Source: a virus (lineage: Duplodnaviria > Heunggongvirae > Uroviricota > Caudoviricetes). From it: a stretch of DNA of 39,640 nucleotides. The notes below the pieces were generated by a model. The model saw nothing but the letters and a program-made list of their open reading frames with translations. It did no database searches and was not told the origin of the DNA. The stretch lies in IMG/VR virus record IMGVR_UViG_2563366929_000005; one strand, written 5' to 3'. Position numbers and translations under genes: made by a program. This document shows, piece after piece, positions 16,095-25,720 of the stretch; the first letter of the stretch is position 1, and each line of letters begins with the position of its first letter.

Positions 16095-16628
16095 ATGAAC
16101 GCAAAAATCAGATACGGCCTGTCGGCTGCCGTTCTGGCACTGATTGCCGTCGGTGCGCCCGCGCCTGATATTCTCGACCAGTTTCTGGATGAAAAAGAAG
16201 GTAACCACACAACGGCATACCGCGATGGTTCCGGCATCTGGACCATCTGTCGGGGTGCCACGATGGTGGATGGAAAACCCGTTTTTCCCGGTATGAAACT
16301 GTCGAAGGAAAAATGCGACCAGGTCAACGCCATTGAGCGTGATAAGGCGCTGGCATGGGTGGAGCGCAATATTAAAGTACCACTGACCGAACCACAAAAA
16401 GCGGGTATCGCGTCATTTTGTCCCTATAACATTGGCCCCGGTAAGTGTTTTCCATCGACGTTTTATAAGCGGCTGAATGCTGGTGATCGTAAGGGCGCAT
16501 GCGAGGCGATTCGCTGGTGGATAAAAGATGGTGGGCGCGATTGCCGCATACGTTCAAATAACTGCTATGGACAGGTTATTCGTCGTGACCAAGAAAGCGC
16601 ATTAGCCTGTTGGGGAATAGATCAGTGA
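16095..16628 (+). CDS. R: SAR endolysin (lysozyme-type), 177 aa
   Basis: N-terminal weakly hydrophobic Gly/Ala-rich SAR segment ([17 protein letters not shown]) followed by a lysozyme-like core; paired with a pinholin. Confidence 0.82.
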   Translation: MNAKIRYGLSAAVLALIAVGAPAPDILDQFLDEKEGNHTTAYRDGSGIWTICRGATMVDGKPVFPGMKLSKEKCDQVNAIERDKALAWVERNIKVPLTEPQKAGIASFCPYNIGPGKCFPSTFYKRLNAGDRKGACEAIRWWIKDGGRDCRIRSNNCYGQVIRRDQESALACWGIDQ

Positions 16629-17092
16629 GCAGAGTCGCCGCGATTATTTATGCTCTGGTTATCTGCATCATCGTCTGCCTGTCGTGGGCGGTCAATCATT
16701 ACCGTGATAACGCCATCACCTACAAAGAACAGCGTGATAAAAAAGTCAGTGAGCTGAAGCAGCTGACCGCCACCATCGCTGACATGCAGCAGCGTCAGCG
16801 TGATGTTGCTGCGCTCGATGCAAAGTACTCGAGAGAATTAGCCAATGCGAAAGCTGAAAATGAAACTCTGCGCGCTGATGTTGCCGCTGGTCGTAAGCGC
16901 CTGCGGGTCAATGCCAGTTGCTCCGCAGCCGTGCGTGAAGCCACCGGACCCACCAGCGTGGATAATGCAACCAGCCCCAGACTGGCAGACACCGCTGAAC
17001 GGGATTATTTCACCCTCAGAGAACGGTTGATGACGATGCAGAAGCAACTGGAAGGGGCACAGCTATACATTCGTGAGCAATGTCTCAGATAA
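16610..17092 (+). CDS. Rz: Rz-like i-spanin (likely starts at GTG 16625, overlapping the endolysin stop)
   Basis: N-terminal TM helix ([19 protein letters not shown]) then a coiled-coil-like periplasmic region; contains the embedded Rz1 ORF. Confidence 0.78.
   Translation: MGNRSVSRVAAIIYALVICIIVCLSWAVNHYRDNAITYKEQRDKKVSELKQLTATIADMQQRQRDVAALDAKYSRELANAKAENETLRADVAAGRKRLRVNASCSAAVREATGPTSVDNATSPRLADTAERDYFTLRERLMTMQKQLEGAQLYIREQCLR
16845..17030 (+). CDS. Rz1: Rz1-like o-spanin lipoprotein, embedded in the +1 frame of Rz (61 aa)
   Basis: Lipobox LVVSAC, proline-rich mature part ([17 protein letters not shown]), entirely inside Rz. Confidence 0.75.
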   Translation: MRKLKMKLCALMLPLVVSACGSMPVAPQPCVKPPDPPAWIMQPAPDWQTPLNGIISPSENG

Positions 17093-17247
17093 AAACCGGC
17101 CAAGGATAATCCGCTAAAGATTCGCCGGTGGCGAAAGAGAGCCAAGGTGTCAACCTACGCTATTACTTATGATAATGCAACAGACGAAGCGGGACATATT
17201 GGCGCATAACAAATCAGTGCAGGCTAACTGCAGGAAGAACTTAGGGC

Positions 17248-17514
17248 GTGAACGTAGAAAACCTAAGTAACGCACATTACATCTATAACGAGATGAAAGA
17301 GCTACAGCGACAGAAAGGTATACTGGAAAGTGGTGCAGGGCTTGGTGTGACAATCCAGTCTGCCTATCAATATAGTGCTTTTCTTGAGGCCATACGCCCG
17401 CATGCAGTTGCTGAACTTAACAGCCGTATTGAGGAAAAGAAATCCGCGCTGGTTAATTTGGGTGCTTCCTTCTCTATATACGAGCATAATAAGGCGGGTT
17501 GGAAACCCGCCTAA
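17248..17514 (+). CDS. Hypothetical small protein (88 aa by GTG start; alternative ATG at 17293)
   Basis: ORF downstream of the lysis cassette, convergent with the YfbU-like gene; hairpin GCGGGTT-GGA-AACCCGC at its 3' end. Confidence 0.4.
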   Translation: MNVENLSNAHYIYNEMKELQRQKGILESGAGLGVTIQSAYQYSAFLEAIRPHAVAELNSRIEEKKSALVNLGASFSIYEHNKAGWKPA

Positions 17515-17519
17515 AGCAC

Positions 17520-18059
17520 TTAGAAACTGCGTGGAGCTGTGGAAAGAATGGATGCCAGTTCTTCCTTCGATAAATCCCAGCTTCGATTTACAGCGTCAAT
17601 TTTCTTAAACTCATCAAGCATTGCGTTATAGAGATGTTCTGTACGTGAATGAGTATTGGCAATGGGCTGTTTCTGTTCGGGGAAGCGATCAATTTTCTGA
17701 TATGCCTCAATGATACTGAAGTAATCGCATTCATTATTACCGTCGAAACCTGGGAGCTGAATTGCCCCATCATGTATTTTTAGATGATGGTCACGGACTA
17801 ATTCTTTTTGCTCGTCATCACTAAGTTTCCTGAAAGCATTGGAAAGTCCGCGATACATATTCAAGACAGCAGTAACAAAATCACGATCTTCTTTACTTGG
17901 TTCGTCAACATCCAAATGTGAATATTCGGCCTTGATAACCCAATCATTACCAGATGACACAGCATATTTAACAAGCTGTGGATCAATATCAGTTTCGATA
18001 CCTAGGTGGATGGCAATGTCACATAACAAAATGGTATTGATTTTATCTTTAATATCCAT
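17520..18059 (-). CDS. YfbU (UPF0304)-like protein, 179 aa, opposite-strand moron
   Basis: ATG at 18059 with AGAGGG SD on the minus strand; lower GC than the flanks; motif order (...NMYRGLSNAF...LPGFDG...) resembles YfbU-family proteins from memory. Confidence 0.55.
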   Translation of the reverse strand: MDIKDKINTILLCDIAIHLGIETDIDPQLVKYAVSSGNDWVIKAEYSHLDVDEPSKEDRDFVTAVLNMYRGLSNAFRKLSDDEQKELVRDHHLKIHDGAIQLPGFDGNNECDYFSIIEAYQKIDRFPEQKQPIANTHSRTEHLYNAMLDEFKKIDAVNRSWDLSKEELASILSTAPRSF

Positions 18060-18197
18060 GAGTTAACCCTCTGAAGTAAAAAGTAATATCTACACCCGTT
18101 GGCTCATGAAGTCTATTGATCTGTCTCATATCAGCAGCAAATCTATTCCATGGAGATACTCAATGCAGGTCACCTTTGATTTATATAAGGGCGAAAC

Positions 18198-18548
18198 ATG
18201 CCAGCACTAATCCCACGCGCCTGCCGTAAGCGTGGATGTGCAGGTACAACCACAGACAGTTCTGGTTACTGCGATAAACATCGTGGCGAAGGATGGGTAC
18301 AGCATCAACGCGGACTGAGCCGCCACCAGCGTGGCTATGGCTCGAAATGGGATGCCATACGTGCGCGCATACTGAAGCGTGATAATCATCTGTGTCAGAA
18401 CTGCCTGCGCAATGGGAGAGCCGTTGAAGCCAGAACTGTGGACCACATCATTCCGAAAGCTCATGGTGGCACGGATGCAGACAGTAACCTGCAGAGTCTG
18501 TGCTGGCCCTGTCATAAAGCAAAAACAGCGCGCGAACGCATCAATTGA
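18198..18548 (+). CDS. HNH endonuclease (116 aa)
   Basis: Cys clusters plus TVDHIIPKAHGGTDADSNLQSLCWPCH; typical position just upstream of the terminase. Confidence 0.82.
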   Translation: MPALIPRACRKRGCAGTTTDSSGYCDKHRGEGWVQHQRGLSRHQRGYGSKWDAIRARILKRDNHLCQNCLRNGRAVEARTVDHIIPKAHGGTDADSNLQSLCWPCHKAKTARERIN

Positions 18549-18695
18549 TAACAGCTCCCATCTGCAGGGGAGGGGCGGGTCAAATCTCTGCAACCCTGGC
18601 TGTTCAGTACCGCCGCCTGACCTTTCCTCGCATCGCCGCAGGTTCGAAAACTTTTTTTTGGAATGTGATTAAATGATTGATAGGTAAAACCGATT

Positions 18696-19178
18696 ATGTC
18701 TGGACCCCCGAAAACCCCGCCACGCCTGCATTTGATACGAGGCAACCCCTCAAAGCGGCCAGTTAAAGACCTCAAAAAAACCGCTAAAAAGGATGAAAAA
18801 GGTCTCCCTAAAATTCCGCAACATTTAGGGGCGCAGGGGAAGTACTGGTTCAGGCGAATGGCGGAAGAGCTGAATGCGGAAGGGATCATTTCTCAGCTTG
18901 ATGCGCGTGCGCTTGAGCTACTGGTGGAAGCCTATACCGAATACCGGCATCACTGCGAAACACTCGATGTTGAGGGGTACACCTACCGCTCGGAAACGCA
19001 GAACGGTGATGTGCTGATTAAGGCACACCCAGCTGCTGCGATGAAAGCGGATGCCTGGAAGCGGATCCGGGCGATGCTTGCAGAATTTGGTATGTCACCG
19101 GCAAGCCGGGCAAAAGTAAATACCGCCGGACCGGATAATGTTGATCCGCTGGCAGAGCTTTTAAAAGCGAGAGACTGA
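18696..19178 (+). CDS. Terminase small subunit (P27-family-like), 160 aa
   Basis: AGGTAAAA SD; basic N-terminus; immediately precedes the large terminase with ATGA overlap. Confidence 0.75.
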   Translation: MSGPPKTPPRLHLIRGNPSKRPVKDLKKTAKKDEKGLPKIPQHLGAQGKYWFRRMAEELNAEGIISQLDARALELLVEAYTEYRHHCETLDVEGYTYRSETQNGDVLIKAHPAAAMKADAWKRIRAMLAEFGMSPASRAKVNTAGPDNVDPLAELLKARD

Positions 19179-20935
19179 TGGCAAAAGTGGCTGACGGGAT
19201 CCGCTACGCCGAACGTGTTGTTGCAGGAGAAATTGTTGCTGGCGAATTTGTCCGCCTGGCCTGCCAGCGTTTTCTTGATGATCTGAAGTACGGCGAAAAG
19301 CGGGGGATTTATTTCAGTGAACCCCGTGCGCAGCACATCCTGAATTTCTACAAATTTGTGCCTCATGTAAAAGGGGCACTGGCAGGCCAGCCCATTGAGT
19401 TGATGGACTGGCATGTATTTATCCTCATTAATATTTTTGGTTTTGTCATTCCGCTGGTCAATGAAGAAACCGGGGAAGTTGTCATGCGCAGCGATGGCAG
19501 CGGACGTCCGGTGATGGTGCGCCGGTTCCGGACGGCGTACAACGAAGTCGCCCGTAAAAACGCAAAATCAACCCTGTCATCGGGTATCGGCCTGTATATG
19601 ACGGGGGCAGATAGTGAAGGCGGAGCTGAGGTGTATTCAGCCGCAACCACGCGTGACCAGGCCAGAATCGTGTTTGAAGACGCCAAAAATATGGTCAGAA
19701 AAGCCCGGTCGACACTCGGGCGGTTGTTTGATTTCAACAAGCTGGCGATTTACCAGGAGCAGAGCGCATCAAAATTTGAACCGCTTTCCTCGGATGCAAA
19801 CAACCTGGACGGTCTGAACATCCACTGCGCCATTATTGATGAGCTGCATGCACATAAAACCCGCGACGTGTGGGACGTTCTGGAGACGGCAACCGGTGCC
19901 CGTCTGCAGTCTCTGTTATTTGGCATCACCACGGCTGGCTTTAACAAGGAAGGGATTTGTTACGAGCAGCGTGATTACGCCATCAAGGTATTGCGAGGCT
20001 ATAACAGCGACGTGGAGGGCGCGGTAAAAGACGACTCCTACTTTGCGATCATTTACACGCTCGATGAGGGAGATGATCCGTTTGATGAAACGGTCTGGCA
20101 GAAAGCGAATCCTGGCCTGGGCATCTGTAAACGCTGGGATGATCTGCGTCGTCTGGCGAAAAAAGCGAAGGAGCAGGTCTCTGCGCGGGTGAATTTTTTT
20201 ACCAAACACATGAATGTGTGGGTCACTGCCGAATCTGCCTGGATGGATATGATTAAGTGGGAGAAGTGCGAATACATTGCTCCACAACATGAGCTGAAAA
20301 CATATCCCATGTGGGTCGGCGTCGACCTTGCTCATAAGATTGATATCTGTGCGGCGGCAAAACTCTGGCGAACCGATAACGGACATGTTCATGCTGATTT
20401 TAAATTCTGGCTTCCGGAAGGACGGCTGGAACGATGCTCGCGGCAGCAGGCAGAACTTTACCGGAAGTGGGCGGAGATGGATAAGCTCATCCTGACGGAT
20501 GGTGATGTTATCGATCATGCTCAGATAAAAAGTGACTTACTGGAATGGATTGGCGGTGAAAACCTCAGGGAACTGGGATTTGACCCGTGGAGCGCAATGC
20601 AGTTCAGCCTGGCACTGGCTGAAGAAGGGATACCGCTGGTGGAGGTTCCGCAGACGGTCCGCAATCTGTCAGAGGCCATGAAGGAAACGGAATCACTGGT
20701 TTATGCCGGGCGTTTCCATCACAGCAATCATCCGGTCATGAACTGGATGATGTCTAACGTTACTGTAAAACCGGACAAAAACGACAACATCTTCCCGAAT
20801 AAATCCACGCCGGAAGCCAAAATCGACGGCCCTGTTGCGCTTTTTACAGCCATGAGCCGCTTTCTGGTAAATGGCGGGGGCGTGAATGACTTTCTGTCCA
20901 CGCTTGATCCTGATGAGGACTTGTTAATTCTGTGA
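19178..20935 (+). CDS. Terminase large subunit, 585 aa
   Basis: Size, position before the portal and ATPase/nuclease-like layout. Confidence 0.88.
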   Translation: MAKVADGIRYAERVVAGEIVAGEFVRLACQRFLDDLKYGEKRGIYFSEPRAQHILNFYKFVPHVKGALAGQPIELMDWHVFILINIFGFVIPLVNEETGEVVMRSDGSGRPVMVRRFRTAYNEVARKNAKSTLSSGIGLYMTGADSEGGAEVYSAATTRDQARIVFEDAKNMVRKARSTLGRLFDFNKLAIYQEQSASKFEPLSSDANNLDGLNIHCAIIDELHAHKTRDVWDVLETATGARLQSLLFGITTAGFNKEGICYEQRDYAIKVLRGYNSDVEGAVKDDSYFAIIYTLDEGDDPFDETVWQKANPGLGICKRWDDLRRLAKKAKEQVSARVNFFTKHMNVWVTAESAWMDMIKWEKCEYIAPQHELKTYPMWVGVDLAHKIDICAAAKLWRTDNGHVHADFKFWLPEGRLERCSRQQAELYRKWAEMDKLILTDGDVIDHAQIKSDLLEWIGGENLRELGFDPWSAMQFSLALAEEGIPLVEVPQTVRNLSEAMKETESLVYAGRFHHSNHPVMNWMMSNVTVKPDKNDNIFPNKSTPEAKIDGPVALFTAMSRFLVNGGGVNDFLSTLDPDEDLLIL

Positions 20936-20952
20936 AACAGCTTATTACTGAT

Positions 20953-21093
20953 ATGACCGGGCTGATCGGTTTCGGTTTGCTCACTGCTGGCGTTTATCTG
21001 TATGCAGGTCTGCCAGCGTCTCTGATGCTGTCGGGCTGTTTGTTGCTGCTTTATGCACTGGTGGTGTCCATGAGGAGAAAACATGCTTCTTGA
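20953..21093 (+). CDS. Small hydrophobic ORF (46 aa; alternative GTG start 20932) between terminase and portal
   Basis: MTGLIGFGLLTAGVYLYAGLPASLMLSGCLLLLYALVVSMRRKHAS read from the sequence; overlaps the portal start; not in the supplied track. Confidence 0.25.
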   Translation: MTGLIGFGLLTAGVYLYAGLPASLMLSGCLLLLYALVVSMRRKHAS

Positions 21094-22309
21094 TGCTCTG
21101 TTTCGCAGTGAGCCTCTGGAAAATCCCTCGGTTCCGGTAACCGGAGAGGCCGCTGAGACGGATAATATTTTTGCCCGGGATGTGTATGTCAGTCCGGAAA
21201 CATCCATGAAGCTGGCTGCTGTCTATGCCTGTATTTATGTTATTTCATCCAGTGTGGCTCAGATGCCCCTGCATGTGATGCGAAAAACGAATGAGCATGT
21301 TCAGCCGGCACGCGATCACCCGTTGTTCTGGCTCGTTCATGATGAACCTAATGCCTGGCAGACCAGCTATAAGTGGCGGGAACTGAAGCAGCGTCATGTG
21401 CTGGGGTGGGGCAATGGTTATACGTGGGTAAAACGTAATCGTCGTGGCGAGGTTACCAGTCTTGAATGCTGTATGCCATGGGAAACCACGTTACTTAACA
21501 CCGGAGGGCGTCATACCTACGGTGTGTATAACGAAGAGGGTGCATTTGCGGTAAGTCCGGACGACATGATCCATATCAGGGCGCTGGGAAACAATCAGAA
21601 AATGGGACTGAGTCCGATCATGCAGCATGCTGAAACCATTGGTATGGGAATGAGTGGTCAGCAGTATACCAGTGCTTTTTTTAACGGTAATGCCCGTCCT
21701 GCCGGGATTATTTCTGTGAAAAATGAACTGAACGAACAGAGTTGGAGCAGGCTCAAGAATATGTGGCAGCGGGCGGTGACAGCGCTTCGCAGTCAGGAAA
21801 ATAAAACCATGCTGCTGCCTGCGCAACTGGATTACCGCGCTCTGACAGTTTCTCCGGTGGATGCTCAGATCATTGATATGACCAAGCTGAACCGGTCGAT
21901 GATTGCCGGGATTTTTAATGTCCCGGCGCACATGATTAATGACCTGGAAAAAGCCACATTTTCGAATATTACGCAGCAGGCGATTCAGTTTGTTCGCTAC
22001 ACGATGATGCCCTGGGTTGCGAACTGGGAGCAGGAGCTTAACCGTCGCCTGTTTACCCGTACAGAACGGGCTGCCGGGTATTACGTTCGTTTCAACCTCA
22101 CGGGGTTGCTCCGTGGGACCCCACAGGAGCGTGCGCAGTTCTATCACTTTGCCATTACAGATGGCTGGATGAGCCGGAATGAAGCCAGGGCATTTGAGGA
22201 TATGAACCCGGTTGACGGTCTGGATGAAATGCTGGTCAGCGTAAATGCAGCAAATCCGTTGAATAACTTTAAAGATACGAAAGGCAAAGAGGAAAAGAAC
22301 GATGAATGA
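21083..22309 (+). CDS. Portal protein (HK97-type), 408 aa
   Basis: GAGGAGAAA SD; size and position between terminase and prohead protease. Confidence 0.88.
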   Translation: MLLDALFRSEPLENPSVPVTGEAAETDNIFARDVYVSPETSMKLAAVYACIYVISSSVAQMPLHVMRKTNEHVQPARDHPLFWLVHDEPNAWQTSYKWRELKQRHVLGWGNGYTWVKRNRRGEVTSLECCMPWETTLLNTGGRHTYGVYNEEGAFAVSPDDMIHIRALGNNQKMGLSPIMQHAETIGMGMSGQQYTSAFFNGNARPAGIISVKNELNEQSWSRLKNMWQRAVTALRSQENKTMLLPAQLDYRALTVSPVDAQIIDMTKLNRSMIAGIFNVPAHMINDLEKATFSNITQQAIQFVRYTMMPWVANWEQELNRRLFTRTERAAGYYVRFNLTGLLRGTPQERAQFYHFAITDGWMSRNEARAFEDMNPVDGLDEMLVSVNAANPLNNFKDTKGKEEKNDE

Positions 22310-22901
22310 CCGTGAAACGCGCTGTTACAGCGGGGAGGTGCGGGCGGAACAATATGATAATGCCCCGACCCACATTCTGGGCTATGGCTCGGTATTTAAC
22401 AGTCGTTCAGAACCTCTGTGGGGATTTCGTGAAATCATCAAGCCGGGGGCTTTTGATGATGTACTGAATGATGATGTACGTGGCTTGTTTAATCATGATC
22501 CTAATTTCATTCTCGGACGAAGTTCTGCCGGCACGTTGTCATTGTCGGTGGATGAACGCGGTTTACGTTATGACATTGTTGCACCGGATACTCCGACTAT
22601 TTGTGACCTGGTGCTGTCTCCAATGTTGCGTGGTGACATTAATCAGTCCTCGTTCGCGTTTCGTGTCGCCCGTGACGGAGAGAGCTGGTATGAAGACGAC
22701 GAGGGGATTGTTATCCGGGAAATCACGCGCATTTCTCGTCTGTATGACGTCAGCCCGGTGACATATCCGGCCTATCAGGACGCAGACTCTGGTGTCCGCT
22801 CAATGAAAGCCTGGCAGGAAGCGCGGGCGAGTGGTGCGCTGAAGAAAGCTGTTAACGAACGAATGGCGCGTGAGCGTCTTTTGACCCTTCTTAATGCATA
22901 A
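22302..22901 (+). CDS. Prohead protease (HK97-type), 199 aa
   Basis: Position between portal and capsid; size typical. Confidence 0.8.
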   Translation: MNDRETRCYSGEVRAEQYDNAPTHILGYGSVFNSRSEPLWGFREIIKPGAFDDVLNDDVRGLFNHDPNFILGRSSAGTLSLSVDERGLRYDIVAPDTPTICDLVLSPMLRGDINQSSFAFRVARDGESWYEDDEGIVIREITRISRLYDVSPVTYPAYQDADSGVRSMKAWQEARASGALKKAVNERMARERLLTLLNA

Positions 22902-22915
22902 GGATACTACTGACG

Positions 22916-24133
22916 ATGAAACTTCATGAGATGAAGCAAAAACGAAACACCATTGCAAAGGATATGCGTGCACTGCATGAAAAAATTGGTGATAACGCAT
23001 GGACTGATGAGCAACGGGCAGAGTGGAACAGGGCGAAAGCTGAGCTGGATGCGCTGGATGAGCAAATCGCCCGTGAAGAAGAGTTGCGCCGTCAGGATCA
23101 GGCATATGTGGATGAGTCCGGGCCGGAAGAGCGCCAGAATAATGAGGCGGAGAACGGGAAAAAGGCGGTGGAAGAGAAGCGCGCTGCGGCATTTAACCGT
23201 TTTCTGCGTGCCGGATTTGCAGAACTGAATGCTGAAGAGCGTAATCTGATGCGTGAACTGCGGGCTCAGAGTGTAACAACGGATTCTCAGGGCGGATATA
23301 CGGTGCCCACGCAGATGCGTAACAAAATCATTGACACCATGAAGGCTTATGGCGGGATTGCCAGTGTGGCGCAACTTCTGACCACATCAACCGGGCAGGA
23401 TATCACCTGGTCAACGTCTGATGGCACGACTGAAGAGGGCGAACTGCTGGCGGAAAATACAGCCGCAACGGAACAGGATGTGACGTTCGGGACCGCTATT
23501 CTGGGGGCTAAAAAGCTGTCATCAAAAATAATTCGTGTGTCCAATGAGCTGCTCCAGGACAGTGGGGTGGATATTGAATCTTATCTGGCAAACCGTATTG
23601 CCCAGCGTATTGGTCGTGGAGAGGCAAAATATCTGGTTCAGGGGACCGGAACGGGATCACCGTTACAGCCAAAAGGGCTGGCAGCGTCGGTGACGGGAAC
23701 CATCCAGACTGCAGCCTCTGCCGCTTTCACCTGGAAAGAAATGAATGCCCTGAAACATGCCATTGATCCGGCATATCGTGGTGGGCCGAAATACCGCTGG
23801 GCATTCAATGATGCCACATTGCAGACTATTGAAGAGATGGAGGATGGACAGAAACGCCCGTTATGGCTGCCGGATATTGCAGGCGGTACGCCGGCTACTG
23901 TGCTGGGGATCCCTTATGTTATTGATCAGGCTATTGACGGGATTGGTACCGGAAAAAAATTCATTTTCCTGGGGGATTTCAACCGCTTTATCATTCGCCG
24001 CGTTACTTATATGGAACTGAAACGTCTGGTTGAGCGTTATGCTGAGTTTGATCAGGTGGCATTTCTGGCTTTCCATCGTTTTGACTGTGTGCTGGAAGAT
24101 GTGGCAGCCATCAAGGCGCTCACTGGCAAATAA
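22916..24133 (+). CDS. Major capsid protein (HK97-fold) with N-terminal coiled-coil delta/scaffold-like region, 405 aa
   Basis: N-terminal 100 aa charged and coiled-coil-like; followed by a strong terminator. Confidence 0.85.
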   Translation: MKLHEMKQKRNTIAKDMRALHEKIGDNAWTDEQRAEWNRAKAELDALDEQIAREEELRRQDQAYVDESGPEERQNNEAENGKKAVEEKRAAAFNRFLRAGFAELNAEERNLMRELRAQSVTTDSQGGYTVPTQMRNKIIDTMKAYGGIASVAQLLTTSTGQDITWSTSDGTTEEGELLAENTAATEQDVTFGTAILGAKKLSSKIIRVSNELLQDSGVDIESYLANRIAQRIGRGEAKYLVQGTGTGSPLQPKGLAASVTGTIQTAASAAFTWKEMNALKHAIDPAYRGGPKYRWAFNDATLQTIEEMEDGQKRPLWLPDIAGGTPATVLGIPYVIDQAIDGIGTGKKFIFLGDFNRFIIRRVTYMELKRLVERYAEFDQVAFLAFHRFDCVLEDVAAIKALTGK

Positions 24134-24154
24134 CCACTCGTTGTTCAGTTACAG

Positions 24155-24177
24155 ACCGCGCCGACGCGGTTTTTTTA
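24155..24177 (+). terminator. Intrinsic terminator after the capsid gene
   Basis: ACCGCG-CCGA-CGCGGT followed by TTTTTTT. Confidence 0.6.
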
Positions 24178-24209
24178 TGCCCGCACAGTGTTGCGGGCAG
24201 GAGTTTCTG

Positions 24210-24527
24210 ATGGCAGCAATAGTGGAAAAACTCAGGGCGCAGTGCCGTATTGATACAGATGATGCAACTGATGATGAGTTACTGATGCTGTATTTCCGGG
24301 CTGCCTGCCGCAAGGCAGAAAATTTTATCAACCGTAAGCTTTATGAGGAGACGGTGCCAGAAGGTGATCCTGAAGGGGTGCTTATAGCTGATGATGTTTT
24401 GCTGGCGCTCATGTTGCTGGTCGGGCACTGGTACGAAAACCGGGAAAATTCCTCAGATGTCAGCAAGGCACCAGTCCCGTTTGGTTTTTCTTCTCTTCTG
24501 GAGCCTTATCGTTTTATTCCTTTGTAG
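24210..24527 (+). CDS. Head-tail connector (gp6-like), 105 aa
   Basis: ATG 24210 with GCAGGAG SD; the longer track ORF from 24030 overlaps the capsid gene and terminator. Confidence 0.65.
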   Translation: MAAIVEKLRAQCRIDTDDATDDELLMLYFRAACRKAENFINRKLYEETVPEGDPEGVLIADDVLLALMLLVGHWYENRENSSDVSKAPVPFGFSSLLEPYRFIPL

Positions 24528-24535
24528 GAGGAGAC

Positions 24536-24874
24536 ATGCAGGCGGGCAGATTACGTGATCGCGTAATTATTCTGAATGTCACCACCGCCCGCTCTCCGTC
24601 AGGGCATCCGGTGGAGACGGTGACGGAGGGAGCTACCGTATGGGCAGAAGTTAAGGGTATCAGCGGGAGGGAGATAATCTCAGGCGGAGCAGAAACCGCT
24701 CAGGCTACGGTCAGAGTCTGGATGAGATTCCGGCGCGATGTGACAGCGACTTCACGTCTGAAAGTGCTGACCGGTGCATTCAAAGGCGCGATTCTGGGTA
24801 TAGAAGGTCCACCAATACCGGATGCACGCGCTACCCGGCTTGAAATGCTCTGCAGCCTGAAGGGAAATGTGTGA
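24536..24874 (+). CDS. Head closure / head-tail adaptor protein, 112 aa
   Basis: AGGAGGAGAC SD; position after the connector. Confidence 0.65.
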   Translation: MQAGRLRDRVIILNVTTARSPSGHPVETVTEGATVWAEVKGISGREIISGGAETAQATVRVWMRFRRDVTATSRLKVLTGAFKGAILGIEGPPIPDARATRLEMLCSLKGNV

Positions 24875-25320
24875 TGGATTTCAGTCTTGATTTTTCCGGC
24901 CTGGCGGATATTGCACGGGATTTGGAGGCGCTCAGCAGGGCAGAAAACAATAAGGTTCTGCGCGATGCCACCCGTGCCGGTGCTGAAGTTATGCGGGATG
25001 CAGTTGTTGAACGTGCGCCGGAGCGAACCGGGAAACTGAAGAAAAATGTGGTTGTTCTCACTCAGCGTTCAAAGCGTCGGGGGGAAATTATCTCGGGTGT
25101 CCACATTCGCGGACGGAACCTGCGAACCGGAAACAGTGATAACAGCATGAAAGCCAGCGATCCCCGAAATGCATTTTACTGGCGCTTTGTGGAGCTGGGA
25201 ACGATAAACATGCCCGCGCATCCATTCATTCGTCCGGCTTTCGATACGACAGAGGAGCTGGCGGCGCAGGTTGCCATACAGCGAATGAATCAGGCTATTG
25301 ATGAGGTCTTAAGTAAATGA
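24871..25320 (+). CDS. HK97 gp10-like tail-component protein, 149 aa
   Basis: Position and size; overlapping start/stop with neighbours. Confidence 0.6.
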   Translation: MMDFSLDFSGLADIARDLEALSRAENNKVLRDATRAGAEVMRDAVVERAPERTGKLKKNVVVLTQRSKRRGEIISGVHIRGRNLRTGNSDNSMKASDPRNAFYWRFVELGTINMPAHPFIRPAFDTTEELAAQVAIQRMNQAIDEVLSK

Positions 25321-25661
25321 GGGAGGGCACACTGTATTCCCTGTTGTCTCAGCTGGCCGGAGGACAGGTTTATCCTTATGTGGTCCCGCTGACGGAGGGA
25401 AAGCCTGCGGTATCTCCGCCGTGGCTGGTGTTTTCTGTGGTGTCTGACACGGCATCTGATGTGCTTGATGGGCAGGCTGAATCCAGAATTACCGTGCAGA
25501 TCGATGTCTGGGCGACAGTACCTGATGACGCAGATAATATTCGTGAGCAGGCGCTTGATGCGGTAAGAAAACTGGCACCCTCCGTTATTTCTAAAACGCA
25601 GGGGTATGATCCTGACTCCCGTCTGAGCAGAGCCACGCTTGAATTTCAGGTAATAGCCTGA
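25317..25661 (+). CDS. Tail completion/terminator-like protein, 114 aa
   Basis: Position immediately upstream of the major tail gene. Confidence 0.55.
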   Translation: MREGTLYSLLSQLAGGQVYPYVVPLTEGKPAVSPPWLVFSVVSDTASDVLDGQAESRITVQIDVWATVPDDADNIREQALDAVRKLAPSVISKTQGYDPDSRLSRATLEFQVIA

Positions 25662-25681
25662 GGTCGTTAATGATTTACCCA

Positions 25682-25703
25682 CCCGCCGCTGGCGGGTTTT
25701 TTT
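25682..25703 (+). terminator. Hairpin plus T-tract upstream of the major tail gene
   Basis: CCCGCCGC-T-GGCGGG followed by TTTTTTT. Confidence 0.45.
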
Positions 25704-25720
25704 ATTTTCAGGAGACGAGT

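Noticed and set aside
19916-20518. 200-aa minus-strand ORF inside the large terminase gene
   Set aside because: Antisense to the terminase gene.
21491-22147. 218-aa minus-strand ORF inside the portal gene
   Set aside because: Antisense to the portal gene; no independent support.
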